From: Bacteroidales bacterium | GTDB taxonomy: Bacteria; Bacteroidota; Bacteroidia; Bacteroidales; UBA1402 | Direction of reading: 5' to 3' | Assembly (NCBI GenBank): GCA_017958305.1 | Contig: JAGDCW010000026.1 | Coordinates: 1 to 58,514, forward strand | Length of the DNA: 58,514 nt | Shown here: positions 10,000 through 19,806 of the stretch, piece by piece | Position numbering within the stretch: the first letter of the stretch is position 1 | Layout of the letters: each line of letters begins with the position of its first letter | Translations under genes and position numbers: made by a program | Notes under the pieces: model-generated | The model's database searches: none | What the model was told of the DNA's origin: nothing | Seen by the model: only the letters and a program-made list of their open reading frames with translations

Positions 10000-10605
10000 A
10001 TGAAGGAAAACCCTGGAAACCATCGCATAACAGCTGCAGTCCTTGCGGCTGTTATGTTGTTTTTGCCGTCCTGCAAGAAGAGCCAGACGGACATGATCCC
10101 GAGCTTTGAGAACCGGCGTGCCGTGCCGGGCATGTATGCCGACTCGGTCACCACGCTCATCTCCGATTCGGGCAGGATCCGCTACAAGGTCATCGCCGAA
10201 ACGTGGAAGATCTTTGACCAGGCGGAGGTTCCCTATTGGTTTTTCCCGGAGAAGTTCTATTTCGAGCGTTTCGACGACAGCATGCGCGTGGAATCGGTCG
10301 TCGAGGGCGACACGGCCCGCTATTTCACCAATAGCAAGATCTGGGAGTTGAAAAACAACGTCAAGGTGATGAACCTCTCGGGCGAGAAGTTCGAGACCAA
10401 CCTCCTGTATTGGGACCAGGAGCATCACACGGTCTATTCCGACTCCTTCATCCGCATCGAGCAGAAGAGCCAGGTGCTGACGGGTTACGGCTTCAAGTCG
10501 AACGAGACGCTGACCAAATACGAGGTCTTCCAAATCAAGGGTTTGTTCCCCATAGACGCCGAGGAAGAGGACACTGGAGCGCCAAATGGAGAAATAAACA
10601 ATTAA
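10000..10605 (+). CDS. lptC: LptC-family LPS export lipoprotein
   Basis: An in-frame ATG at 10000 within track ORF 9898-10605 gives MKENPGNHRITAAVLAAVMLFLPSCKK (lipobox LPSC). The product is about 200 aa with OstA/LptC-like content (ISDSGRIRYKV.., NNVKVMNLSGEKFETNLLYWDQ). Confidence 0.7.
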   Translation: MKENPGNHRITAAVLAAVMLFLPSCKKSQTDMIPSFENRRAVPGMYADSVTTLISDSGRIRYKVIAETWKIFDQAEVPYWFFPEKFYFERFDDSMRVESVVEGDTARYFTNSKIWELKNNVKVMNLSGEKFETNLLYWDQEHHTVYSDSFIRIEQKSQVLTGYGFKSNETLTKYEVFQIKGLFPIDAEEEDTGAPNGEINN

Positions 10606-10642
10606 ATAACGCGGAAAACACCGATAAGTGACATAATTTTTA

Positions 10643-10650
10643 TACATTTG
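10643..10650 (+). promoter_or_regulatory. putative Bacteroidetes sigma-A -7 box (TAnnTTTG) upstream of the ppiD-like gene
   Basis: TACATTTG lies 69 nt upstream of ATG 10719 in a non-coding spacer. It matches the TAnnTTTG consensus described for Bacteroides promoters. Confidence 0.45.
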
Positions 10651-10718
10651 CGCGCTCTTTTCAAAAGAGCCGGCAACAGCGCCGGAAAAGAGGATATTAA
10701 CAGTAACATTTTATAGCA

Positions 10719-12851
10719 ATGGCAACTTTACAGAAAATCAGAAAACAGTCCATCCTGCTTTTGATCGTGGTGGGTCTGGCTATGTTTGCATTCATCATCG
10801 GAGACTTCCTCACCTCAGGGTCGTCCCTGTTCCAGCAGTCTCAGGAGAATATCGTCCATATCAACGGTGACAAGCTGAACTACCGCGAGTACGAAGCCCG
10901 CATCCAGGAAATGGAAGATGTTTACAAGATGCAGACCGGACAGACTACCCTGAGTGAAGAAATTGTCAACCAGATCAGAGAGTCGGTCTATGAGACCATC
11001 GTCCGCGAAAGACTGCTCGACGAGCAGGCCGCTGCCCTGGGTGTCACGGTCACCGACAAGGAGCTCTTCGATATGGTCAACGGCGAGAACGTCCACTACA
11101 TCGTACAGCAGATGCCTTTCTTCCAGAATCCGGAGACCGGCCAGTTCGACCGTGCCCAGATGATGAACTTCCTGCGTACCATCCAGCTGGAGGACCTTTC
11201 CATGTATTCGGCCGATGCCCAGGCCCAGATCCAGCAGATGAAGAACTACTGGCTGTTCTGGGAGAACAACCTGAAATACGCCCGTCTCGACGAGAAGATC
11301 AACAACCTGCTCGACAAGGCCGTCTCTTCCAACGCCATCGAGGCCCAGGCTTCTTTCGACGCCCGTCAGCGCTCGGTCGATTTCGCCTATGCTTTCAAGC
11401 CCTACGCTTCCGTGCCCGATTCCGCCTTCAAGGTTTCCAAGGCAGAAGCCAAGAAACTCTACGACGCCCGCATCGAACAGTTCCGCCAGGAACCCTACCG
11501 CGGTGCCCGCTATGTCGTGGTTGACGTGCTGCCCACCCAGGACGACAACGACGCTGTGAAGAAGGAAATCGACCGCGTGGCCGAGAACTTCGCCGCCACG
11601 GCCGACTATGAGGCCCTGGTGAACGCCCATTCCGAGATTCCTTTCGAAAACTGCTATATCGCCAACTCGGCCTTCGCCGGTGTGGTCCGCGACTTTGCCG
11701 AGACCGCTGCCGTCGGTGCCGTCGAGGGTCCGATTTTCGACAACAACGTCTGGATGATGCTGCGCAAGATCGACGAGGTGAACAAGCCCGACTCGGTCAA
11801 GGTGAGCCAGATCTACATCCGCAACACGGGTGAAGAGGGCGAGCGCCGCATCGACTCCCTGATGAACGAACTGGTACGCCGCAAAGCCGACTTTGAGGAG
11901 CTGGCCAGGAACTTCTCCGAAGACCAGACCGCTGTCAACGGCGGCGATATGGGCTGGTTCCGCGAGATGGACGCCTACCGCGGCATGGGTGCCGAGTTTG
12001 TCAACACCTGTTTCAACGCCAAGAAAGGCCAGTATTACAGTGTCAAATCCAACTTCGGCCTGCACATCATCAAGGTGACCGATATGACCAAGCCGGTCAA
12101 GAAGAGCAAACTGGCCCAGCTGGCCATGTCTGTGACGCCTTCTTCGAGAACCTTCAGTGCCGAGTACAACAAGCTCAACCAGCTGGTGGCCAAGAACCAG
12201 ACCCTCGAGGCCTTTGTCAAGGCCGCCCAGGAAGCCGGTTACTTCGTCCAGAGCGCTCCCAACATCCGCCAGTCGGACAACGCCATCGGCAATGTGCCCT
12301 CGATGCGTCAGGCTGTACGCTTTGTCTATAACAACAAAGTCGGTGCCGTTTCCTCGATCTTCGAGAACTCCAACAACCAGTATGTGGTCGTTGCCGTCTC
12401 CGAAATCAACGACGGTGAGTTCGCCTCTTTCGAGAGCGTCCAGAGCCAGCTGGTCCGCGAAATCGTCAACGAAAAGAAGGCTGCCTCCATCCTCAAGGAC
12501 TTCAAGTCGGGTGCCACCCTGGCCGAGGTTTCCGAGCAGAACGGCATGCGTGCCGATACGGCCCGCCTGGTCACCTTCTCGACCCGCCGCATGGTTGGCA
12601 TCGGTGACGAGCCCGCTTTGCTGAGCGCTGTCATGAACGCTCCCCAGGGTGAGCTTTCCGCTCCGGTGGCCGGCAAGAACGGCGTCTATGTCTTCGAAGT
12701 GCTCTCTCAGGTGAACGCCGAGAACGAGTACAATGTCAACGACGAGAAATACGCCCTGGATGCCGACAAGAGCTATCGGATCATGTACCAGGCCTACCAG
12801 GCTGTCCGCGACGAAGCCGACGTCAAGGATTCCCGCATCCGCTTCTATTAA
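10719..12851 (+). CDS. PpiD/SurA-like periplasmic peptidyl-prolyl isomerase chaperone
   Basis: 710 aa with N-terminal anchor MATLQKIRKQSILLLIVVGLAMFAFIIGDFL. It has a parvulin-like block (FEELARNFSEDQTAVNGGDMGWF..FGLHIIKV). Confidence 0.88.
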   Translation: MATLQKIRKQSILLLIVVGLAMFAFIIGDFLTSGSSLFQQSQENIVHINGDKLNYREYEARIQEMEDVYKMQTGQTTLSEEIVNQIRESVYETIVRERLLDEQAAALGVTVTDKELFDMVNGENVHYIVQQMPFFQNPETGQFDRAQMMNFLRTIQLEDLSMYSADAQAQIQQMKNYWLFWENNLKYARLDEKINNLLDKAVSSNAIEAQASFDARQRSVDFAYAFKPYASVPDSAFKVSKAEAKKLYDARIEQFRQEPYRGARYVVVDVLPTQDDNDAVKKEIDRVAENFAATADYEALVNAHSEIPFENCYIANSAFAGVVRDFAETAAVGAVEGPIFDNNVWMMLRKIDEVNKPDSVKVSQIYIRNTGEEGERRIDSLMNELVRRKADFEELARNFSEDQTAVNGGDMGWFREMDAYRGMGAEFVNTCFNAKKGQYYSVKSNFGLHIIKVTDMTKPVKKSKLAQLAMSVTPSSRTFSAEYNKLNQLVAKNQTLEAFVKAAQEAGYFVQSAPNIRQSDNAIGNVPSMRQAVRFVYNNKVGAVSSIFENSNNQYVVVAVSEINDGEFASFESVQSQLVREIVNEKKAASILKDFKSGATLAEVSEQNGMRADTARLVTFSTRRMVGIGDEPALLSAVMNAPQGELSAPVAGKNGVYVFEVLSQVNAENEYNVNDEKYALDADKSYRIMYQAYQAVRDEADVKDSRIRFY

Positions 12852-12873
12852 TCGACGGACTATTCCGACATAG

Positions 12874-12904
12874 AAGGCTGGCTGCTCTTACAGCCAGCCT
12901 TTTT
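12874..12904 (+). terminator. rho-independent terminator after the ppiD-like gene
   Basis: The 11-bp perfect stem AAGGCTGGCTG / CAGCCAGCCTT has a 6-nt loop and is followed by TTTT. Confidence 0.7.
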
Positions 12905-12929
12905 CTTTCGCCAAACAGACCAAACCGAC

Positions 12930-13970
12930 ATGGAGACGACCGAAAAATACATTCTGCTGGGCCGGACGCTGCCCGAACTCAAGGAGTGGGTGCAGTCGCA
13001 GGGCATGCCCTCTTTTGCCGCCGGGCAGCTGATGGACTGGATCTATGTCAAGCGGGCCCGCTCTTTTTCGGAGATGACCAATCTCTCGCTCAAGCACCGT
13101 GCCCTGCTGGAGGAAAAGGCCAGCCTGGGCCTGACGGAGCCTTTGTCGGTGGCTGTTTCCCGCGACGGCACCAAGAAATATCTCTTCGCCACCTCGGTGG
13201 GCATCGGGGTGGAGTGTGTCTATATTCCCGATCGCGAACGGGCCACCTTGTGTGTGTCCTCGCAGGTGGGTTGCAAGATGCACTGCGCCTTTTGCATGAC
13301 GGGCCGCATGGGCTTCAAGGCCCAGCTGTCTGCGCATGAGATCCTGAACCAGGTGCTCTCCGTGCCCGAATCCTCCTCGCTCACTAACCTGGTGTTCATG
13401 GGCATGGGCGAGCCTTGCGACAATGTCGAGGCCGTGCTGCGGAGCATCCGCCTGCTTACCGACGAGCGGGGCCTGGCCTGGAGTCCCAAGCGCATCACCC
13501 TGTCGTCGATCGGTGCCATGCCGGGTTTGCAGCGTGTGTTGGAGGAGACGCGCGTGCAGATTGCCATCAGCCTGCATACGCCCGACCTGCAGCAGCGCGG
13601 CGAGTGGGTGCCGGCCGAGCGCATCTGGCCCATTCGCGACACCTTGGACTTGCTGCGTGGCTACGATTTCTCGCATCAGCGCCGCCTGTCGTTCGAATAT
13701 GTCATGTTCCGGGGCCTGAACGACGACATCGCCCATGCCCGCATGCTCTTGTCGCTGCTCAACGGCCTCAATTGCCGGATGAACCTGATCCGCTTCCACA
13801 GCATTCCCGACACACCTTTTGTCAGGAGCGAGGAAAGCACCATCCAGGCCTTTGCCGACTACCTCAACGCCAAGGGTTTGCTCACCACTGTCAGGGCTTC
13901 CTGCGGCGAGGATATCGAGGCAGCCTGCGGCTTGCTTTCGACCTGCGTGTCGAAGGATGATGTGGGCTGA
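12930..13970 (+). CDS. rlmN: 23S rRNA (adenine2503-C2)-methyltransferase, radical SAM
   Basis: 346 aa with the radical-SAM cluster motif GCKMHCAFCMTG. It also has RlmN-type blocks (NLVFMGMGEP, SLH.P, NLIRFH). Confidence 0.95.
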   Translation: METTEKYILLGRTLPELKEWVQSQGMPSFAAGQLMDWIYVKRARSFSEMTNLSLKHRALLEEKASLGLTEPLSVAVSRDGTKKYLFATSVGIGVECVYIPDRERATLCVSSQVGCKMHCAFCMTGRMGFKAQLSAHEILNQVLSVPESSSLTNLVFMGMGEPCDNVEAVLRSIRLLTDERGLAWSPKRITLSSIGAMPGLQRVLEETRVQIAISLHTPDLQQRGEWVPAERIWPIRDTLDLLRGYDFSHQRRLSFEYVMFRGLNDDIAHARMLLSLLNGLNCRMNLIRFHSIPDTPFVRSEESTIQAFADYLNAKGLLTTVRASCGEDIEAACGLLSTCVSKDDVG

Positions 13971-13989
13971 TGACCGGTTTCCGGGATAG

Positions 13990-15210
13990 TTACTGAAACC
14001 TAAAAACTATAGGAATGGTAAAGGAGACAGGAACGGCTTTCCCGTCTTTCTTGCCTGGTTCCCACTTGGGCATGGAAGATACCACACGAAGTGCCTCTGC
14101 GTTCAGGTCTTCATGGACACCGCGCAAAAGCTTGACATCGCTTACGGTACCATCGGTCCCAATGGTAAACTGAACTATCACACGGCCTTGCACCTTGTCT
14201 GCTTTTGCCTGTTCCGGATACTTGAGATTGTTTTTAATCCACAAGTTAAAGTCTCCGTCGAAGGTAGGTTTTACATCAACCTTTTCAAAATCCATAGCTT
14301 CCTGTTCAGGAGGAGCAGGTGCCTCCTGCACTTGTGTTTCCGGAGCCGATTCTTGGCTCTTCTTAGGAGAATTACAGGCGTACATAAGTACGGCCATCAC
14401 GGGGATAAGGGCCAGATACGACCAGCCCATCCAGCGGGAAGAAGAAGTTTTAATCATCATTTCAATTCTGTTTTTCAGTTTGGTGTGCTGGAAGCCGCTG
14501 GCCAGGAAGAAGCGCTGTTCTCCCACGGCTTTTCGCACAAGAAGTAGTTGATATTGAGTTGCATCGATGCCTTTTTGAATGACCCCCTCATCGGCCTCAT
14601 ATTCCTGCAGGAGCCGCAGTTCCTCACGGGTAATCCATATTAGGGGATTCCACCAGAAGAGCAGTTGAATGGGCAGGAACAATACAAGGTCCAGCGAATG
14701 CCTGCATTTTATGTGCATCAACTCGTGAGTGAGTATGGCGGGATTCTCCAATAAGTCTTTCCGACTGATCACCACCGTTCTCCTCCAACTGAATGATGGA
14801 ACGTCATGTTCCAGAATGGCCAGCCGGCAACCATCCAGTCCCGATGACTTACCCTTCCGGATTATTTGCTGCATCTTCCAGGCTGATCTTAGATAGAGCA
14901 AGAGGGTGATGACAAATCCGGCGATGTAAAGGGCTAGTACTACGTCCTGCCAGGCAACGGACGGCTCATGTGCCATTTGCATGGGCTCGGCCCCAACGCC
15001 TGTCATAATCGGTTTCGAAGCAATGCCGACTGCCGTTGTTGCGGTCCGGAGTCTTATGAACGGCAAAAGAAGACAAAGATAACTTCCCGAGAGCAACAGC
15101 AACCGGTTCAGGCGGAAGAACGTGGTCCGTCGCATCACCAACAGGTAAAAAATATGGAATAGGCTTAGATAGAGGCCTGCCCGAACGATGTATAACAGGA
15201 ACGGTGTCAT
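13990..15210 (-). CDS. BlaR1-like M56 peptidase signal transducer with C-terminal TonB domain
   Basis: 406 aa, multi-TM, with the zinc motif THELMHIKCRH (HExxH). A Pro/Glu-rich linker leads to a TonB-C-like end (KVQGRVIVQFTIGTDGTVSDVKLLRGV). It overlaps the upstream blaI-like gene by 4 nt. Confidence 0.9.
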   Translation of the reverse strand: MTPFLLYIVRAGLYLSLFHIFYLLVMRRTTFFRLNRLLLLSGSYLCLLLPFIRLRTATTAVGIASKPIMTGVGAEPMQMAHEPSVAWQDVVLALYIAGFVITLLLYLRSAWKMQQIIRKGKSSGLDGCRLAILEHDVPSFSWRRTVVISRKDLLENPAILTHELMHIKCRHSLDLVLFLPIQLLFWWNPLIWITREELRLLQEYEADEGVIQKGIDATQYQLLLVRKAVGEQRFFLASGFQHTKLKNRIEMMIKTSSSRWMGWSYLALIPVMAVLMYACNSPKKSQESAPETQVQEAPAPPEQEAMDFEKVDVKPTFDGDFNLWIKNNLKYPEQAKADKVQGRVIVQFTIGTDGTVSDVKLLRGVHEDLNAEALRVVSSMPKWEPGKKDGKAVPVSFTIPIVFRFQ

Positions 15211-15572
15211 TTTTTATTCTTTTCGATTTGTGCGATGAGGGCCTTGAGTTCCTGCAAATCCATTTTGTCTTCCTCCACGAACTGGGAAACCAGGCTCAGG
15301 TAAGAATTGCCATAATAACGGGACACTACCTCGGAAACGGTATCTCCGTGGTATTGTTTTTCGCTGATCTTAACTTTGTAACGGAAGGAGTTGGCCATGG
15401 GCTCCCGTTCCAAAAATCTCTTTCTCTCCAGGAACTTTACCAAGGTGGCTACAGTGTTGTAGTGGGGCTTGGGTTCCGGCATATAACTGATCAAGTCTCT
15501 GATAAACAACGGTTCATGCGCCCAAAAGATGTTCATCAACTGTTCTTCTTTTGCTGTCAGTTTCTGTTTCAT
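15207..15572 (-). CDS. BlaI/MecI/CopY-family transcriptional repressor
   Basis: 121 aa with a winged-helix N-terminus (LTAKEEQLMNIFWAHEPLFIRDLISYMPEPKPHYNTVATLVKFLERKRFL). It is paired and overlapping with the M56 gene. Confidence 0.9.
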   Translation of the reverse strand: MKQKLTAKEEQLMNIFWAHEPLFIRDLISYMPEPKPHYNTVATLVKFLERKRFLEREPMANSFRYKVKISEKQYHGDTVSEVVSRYYGNSYLSLVSQFVEEDKMDLQELKALIAQIEKNKK

Positions 15573-15600
15573 AATCTATGTTGGGTATGATATTACGGCG

Positions 15601-15608
15601 CAAATATA
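15601..15608 (-). promoter_or_regulatory. putative -7 box (TATATTTG) for the blaI/blaR1-like operon
   Basis: The reverse complement of CAAATATA is TATATTTG, lying 29 nt upstream of the ATG at 15572. Confidence 0.45.
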
Positions 15609-15610
15609 GT

Positions 15611-15625
15611 GATAAAAATTTTATC
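15611..15625. promoter_or_regulatory. perfect 7-1-7 palindrome GATAAAA-A-TTTTATC, candidate BlaI-type operator
   Basis: The palindrome is seen directly and abuts the putative -7 box of the blaI-like gene. Its operator role is inferred only from position. Confidence 0.3.
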
Positions 15626-15762
15626 TCCTAATTATTTTAGTAGAAATCTTTTATTTTTTCGGAGTTAGGATTATTTCTTCTTAGCGTCGCTTCGCTATGC
15701 GGCATATTTTTTTTCATAGCTTCGCTAAGCACATTTCTTTTGTGATTGTGCTCGACTTGCAC

Positions 15763-15770
15763 TATTTTTG
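15763..15770 (+). promoter_or_regulatory. putative -7 box (TATTTTTG) upstream of the DUF4837/pdxA gene string
   Basis: An exact TAnnTTTG match lies in the AT-rich 296-bp spacer, about 100 nt upstream of ATG 15869. Confidence 0.4.
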
Positions 15771-15868
15771 CACAACCTACTGAATCTTACGGCGGGATGA
15801 ACATGATGAAAGCTTGAAAGATGCTGGGATGAATGTCTGAAAGATAGAGTGGGTTAAATATAGGAAAG

Positions 15869-16906
15869 ATGAATGTTGTTAATAAGGCTTTTGTTTATCG
15901 GGTCGGCGTATGGATGGCACTGGTCTGTGTGATATTGTCGGCTGTTTCCTGCCGGCGTGGCAATCTCAACAATCCGCTGACGGCCGGGGCTGTCGGCGCT
16001 CCCTGGGAAGTGTTGGTCGTGATGGACAAGGGACAGTGGGACAACACCGACGCCGGTCGTGCCCTGTTCGACGTGCTGGACGATGACGTGCCCTGTCTGC
16101 CGCAGTCCGAGCCGCGTTTCAAGATCTCGCGCTGCGACCAGGCCGAGTTCCAGGGCATACTCAAACCCGTGCGCAATATTATCCAGACGGAGATATCCAA
16201 CATCTATTCGGCGCCCAAGTTCCACTTCTACAAGGATCTTTGGGCCACCAACCAGTATGTGCTCAAGATCGTGGCTCCCGACAACGCCAGCTTTGCCGCC
16301 TTTGTCACCGGCAACAAGGAAATCCTCTACGACTATTTCGAGCGTGGCGAGCGGGAACGTGCCCTCCAGATCCACCGCAAGACCCACAACCGCGACCTTT
16401 CGTCCCTGGTGACCAAGCGCTTCGGCTACCAGATCTGGGTGCCCAAGTTCATGAAGCGGTACAAACTGGGCGAAGACTTTATGTGGTTGTCGAACGACCA
16501 GCCGCGCAAGCGTCAGGACATGGTCATCTACAGCTATCCCTATACCGATCCCCAGACGTTCACGCTGGCCTATCTCAACGCCAAGCGCGACTCCTTCATG
16601 AAGGCCAACATCCCCGGCGGCCCCGAGGGTTCGTACATGGCCCGGCAGGAGAAGGAGCCCATGACAATGCGCGAAATCAGCGTCAACGGCAAGTATGCCG
16701 TGGAAATCCGCGGCTTGTGGGAGATGAGGGGTGACATGATGGGCGGCCCCTATGTGAGCCTGACCCGCCTGGACGAGCAGGCCCAGCGGGTGGTGACCGT
16801 CGAGGTCTTCCTTTTCGCCCCCGAAGAGAAGAAACGTAATATGCTCAAACATAACGAGGCGGCTCTGTATTCGCTCAGGCTGCCCGGTGAATTGTCCGCA
16901 GAATAA
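15869..16906 (+). CDS. DUF4837-family lipoprotein
   Basis: 345 aa with signal/lipobox ..MALVCVILSAVSCRRG. The sequence (PWEVLVVMDKGQWD.., FKISRCDQAEF) and its position just upstream of pdxA match my recollection of Bacteroidetes DUF4837 proteins. Confidence 0.72.
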   Translation: MNVVNKAFVYRVGVWMALVCVILSAVSCRRGNLNNPLTAGAVGAPWEVLVVMDKGQWDNTDAGRALFDVLDDDVPCLPQSEPRFKISRCDQAEFQGILKPVRNIIQTEISNIYSAPKFHFYKDLWATNQYVLKIVAPDNASFAAFVTGNKEILYDYFERGERERALQIHRKTHNRDLSSLVTKRFGYQIWVPKFMKRYKLGEDFMWLSNDQPRKRQDMVIYSYPYTDPQTFTLAYLNAKRDSFMKANIPGGPEGSYMARQEKEPMTMREISVNGKYAVEIRGLWEMRGDMMGGPYVSLTRLDEQAQRVVTVEVFLFAPEEKKRNMLKHNEAALYSLRLPGELSAE

Positions 16907-16916
16907 TCATCATTCA

Positions 16917-18008
16917 ATGGAAAACGGAAAACTCAGAATCGGAATCACCCAGGGAGATATCAACGGCATCTCCTACGAAGTGATACTCAAGACTTTGATC
17001 GAGCCCAAGGTGTACGAACCCCATGCCGTGGTGCTTTACGGTTCGTCCAAGGTGGCTTCTTATCATAAAAAGAATCTGGACCTGACACTCAACATGGCCG
17101 TGGTCAATACGGCGCTCGACGCCCAGTACGGCGCTGTGAGCGTGGTCAACTGCACCGACGACGAAGTGAAGGTCGATCTGGGCCAGTCCACCTCCGTGGC
17201 CGGCCAATGCTCCTGGCAGGCCCTGCAACGGGCTGTGCGAGAGCTCAAGGACGGCATGATCGACGTGCTGGTGACCGGTCCGATCAACAAGCACAACATC
17301 CAGTCGGACCAGTTCCAGTTCCCCGGCCATACGGAATACCTCGAGCAGGAGTTCGGCCAGGGTCGCAAGGGACTGATGCTGATGGCTTGCGAGACGATGC
17401 GCGTGGCCGTGGCAACGGGCCATATCCCCGTCGAGGAAGTGCCCTCGGCCCTCAGCCAGCCGCTCATCCTGGACAAGATCAAGACCCTCGACAAGAGCCT
17501 GCGCTACGACTTTGCCGTCGACAAGCCCCGCATCGCCGTGCTGTCGCTCAACCCCCATGCCGGCGACGAAGGCCTGATCGGCCGCCAGGAACAGGACGTC
17601 ATCGCCCCGGCCATCGAGGAGGCGCGCAAGCAGAACATCTGCGTTTTCGGCCCCATCGCCGCCGACGGCTTCTTCGGCTCGGACAACTACATGCTCTACG
17701 ACGGCATCCTGGCCATGTACCACGACCAGGGCCTGATCCCCTTCAAGGCCTTGAGCATGGGCCACGGGGTGAACTTCACCGCCGGCCTGCCCATCGTCCG
17801 CACCTCTCCGGCCCACGGCACCGCTTACGAGCTGGCAGGACAGAACGTGGCCGACGAGAGCTCTTTCCGTGAAGCCCTCTACATGGCCTGCGACATTTAT
17901 TTCAACCGTCTGCGCTATGAGGAAATGCACCGCAATCCGCTGCGCAGACAGCACATCGAACAGAGCGGCGGCGACGATCTGCCCCCTGTCCAGGAAGAAG
18001 AACTATGA
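16917..18008 (+). CDS. pdxA: 4-hydroxythreonine-4-phosphate dehydrogenase
   Basis: An in-frame ATG at 16917 gives MENGKLRIGITQGDINGISYEV. PdxA blocks are present (FPGHTEYL, LNPHAGDEG, YHDQGLIPFK, RTSPAHGTAYELAG). Confidence 0.95.
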   Translation: MENGKLRIGITQGDINGISYEVILKTLIEPKVYEPHAVVLYGSSKVASYHKKNLDLTLNMAVVNTALDAQYGAVSVVNCTDDEVKVDLGQSTSVAGQCSWQALQRAVRELKDGMIDVLVTGPINKHNIQSDQFQFPGHTEYLEQEFGQGRKGLMLMACETMRVAVATGHIPVEEVPSALSQPLILDKIKTLDKSLRYDFAVDKPRIAVLSLNPHAGDEGLIGRQEQDVIAPAIEEARKQNICVFGPIAADGFFGSDNYMLYDGILAMYHDQGLIPFKALSMGHGVNFTAGLPIVRTSPAHGTAYELAGQNVADESSFREALYMACDIYFNRLRYEEMHRNPLRRQHIEQSGGDDLPPVQEEEL

Positions 18009-19294
18009 CTACAGAAGAACTGATACAGATCAAGCAGCGTTTCAAGATCATCGGCAACACCCCGGCCTTGAACCGCGCCATCGACATCGCCGTGCAGGTG
18101 GCTCCGACCGACCTGTCGGTGCTCATCGTGGGCGAAAGCGGCTCGGGCAAGGAGTTTTTCCCCAATATCATCCATCATTACAGCAGCCGTAAGTTCGGTC
18201 CCTACCATCCCGTCAACTGCGCGGCCATCCCCGAAGGCACCATCGATTCCGAACTGTTCGGACACGAGAAGGGCGCTTTTACCGGAGCCATAGCCGACCG
18301 CAAGGGCTATTTCGAGGTGGCCGACGGCGGTACCATCTTCCTCGACGAGGTGGCCGAACTGCCTCTGCCCACCCAGGCCCGCTTGCTGCGTGTGCTGGAA
18401 TCGGGCGAGTTTATCCGGGTCGGTTCGTCCAAGGTGTTGAAAACCAATGTGAGGGTAGTGGCCGCCACCAACCGCGACATGGGTGAAGCCATCAAGTCGG
18501 GACAGTTCCGTGCTGACCTCTACTATCGACTGAACGCCATCTCCATCTCCGTGCCGCCGCTGCGCGAGCGCCCCGACGACATCCTGCGCTTGTTCCGCAA
18601 GTTCACCACCGATGTCACCGAGCAGTACCGCATGCCCAACGTCCGGCTCACCGAGGATGCCAAGAACTTGTTGCTGACCTATCGCTGGCCGGGCAATGTG
18701 CGCGAACTCAAGAACCTGGCCGAGCGGGTGGCCGTGCTGGCCTCCCAGCAGGAAATCACGGCCGAGGACATCAAGCAGTACATCGATCCGGTCAACACCA
18801 TGCCGGTGCTCTACGGGGCGTCGTCGAGTCAAAGCGAAGGCCAGAGTTTCGCCAACGAACGCGAGATCCTCTACCAGATCCTTTTCGACATGAAGAAGGA
18901 TATGCGTGACTTGAAGGCTTTGGTGCACGACCTGATGCAGAAGAGCCAGATCACCGACGTGCAGGTGCCGGCCAACCTCTACCTGGACGAGGAGGGCATG
19001 GGCATCGACAGCCGCATGACGGGCCTTTCGCGCGAGCGGGATTTCACCCCCGTGCAAGAGGTCTCTCCCGCCAAGCCCTCACGCCCTGTGATGGGCTCTT
19101 CGCGCAAGGACAATCCCCACATCCAGGAGGCTTCGGAATATGTCGAGGGATCTCTCTCGCTGGACGATATGGAAAAGGAGACCATCCGCAAGGCCTTGGA
19201 ACGCAACAACGGCCGCCGCAAGAACGCCGCCGCCGACCTGAACATCTCGGAGCGGACGCTCTACCGCAAGATCAAGACCTATCATCTGGATTGA
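18005..19294 (+). CDS. sigma-54-dependent transcriptional activator (AAA+ EBP) lacking an N-terminal sensory/receiver domain
   Basis: 429 aa with Walker A GESGSGKE close to the N-terminus and the GAFTGA loop (EKGAFTGA). It has a C-terminal Fis-type HTH (AAADLNISERTLYRKIKTY). ATGA overlaps the pdxA stop (18005-18008). Confidence 0.9.
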   Translation: MTTEELIQIKQRFKIIGNTPALNRAIDIAVQVAPTDLSVLIVGESGSGKEFFPNIIHHYSSRKFGPYHPVNCAAIPEGTIDSELFGHEKGAFTGAIADRKGYFEVADGGTIFLDEVAELPLPTQARLLRVLESGEFIRVGSSKVLKTNVRVVAATNRDMGEAIKSGQFRADLYYRLNAISISVPPLRERPDDILRLFRKFTTDVTEQYRMPNVRLTEDAKNLLLTYRWPGNVRELKNLAERVAVLASQQEITAEDIKQYIDPVNTMPVLYGASSSQSEGQSFANEREILYQILFDMKKDMRDLKALVHDLMQKSQITDVQVPANLYLDEEGMGIDSRMTGLSRERDFTPVQEVSPAKPSRPVMGSSRKDNPHIQEASEYVEGSLSLDDMEKETIRKALERNNGRRKNAAADLNISERTLYRKIKTYHLD

Positions 19295-19296
19295 CT

Positions 19297-19806
19297 ATGA
19301 AAAGACGCTGCTGCCTGTTGCTGATATGTCTGACGCTGCTGACGACCGGTTGTAGGATCGGCTACAGCTTCAACGGGGCCTCCATCGACTACAATGTGAC
19401 CAAGAGCATTTCGGTGAAGGATTTCTCCAACCAGGCCCTGCTGGTGTATCCGCCGCTGGCTCAGAATTTTTCCGAGTCCTTGCGCGAGATCTATACCCGT
19501 CAGACCAAGCTCAAAGTGCTCAAAGGCGACGGCGACCTCCAGCTCGAGGGTGAGATCGTCGGTTACGACCTTGCGCCGCTGGCCGCCCAGTCGGACGGCT
19601 ACGCCGCCGAGACCAAGCTCACCATGACGGTCAATGTCCGCTATGTGAACACCAAGAACGAGAAGGAGAACTTTGAGCAGCGTTTCAGCGCCTACCAGAC
19701 CTTCCCCTCGACCTCCATGCTGGAGGATGTGCAGGATGCCCTGTTGGAGGAAATCATCAAGGAAATCACCGAGAGCATATTCAACAAAACCGTAGCCAAC
19801 TGGTAA
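19297..19806 (+). CDS. lptE: LptE-like LPS-assembly lipoprotein
   Basis: ATG 19297 gives MKRRCCLLLICLTLLTTGC (lipobox). The product is about 170 aa. The track's TTG at 19291 overlaps the upstream stop. It sits between the EBP and secG, as in other Bacteroidetes (recollection). Confidence 0.68.
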   Translation: MKRRCCLLLICLTLLTTGCRIGYSFNGASIDYNVTKSISVKDFSNQALLVYPPLAQNFSESLREIYTRQTKLKVLKGDGDLQLEGEIVGYDLAPLAAQSDGYAAETKLTMTVNVRYVNTKNEKENFEQRFSAYQTFPSTSMLEDVQDALLEEIIKEITESIFNKTVANW

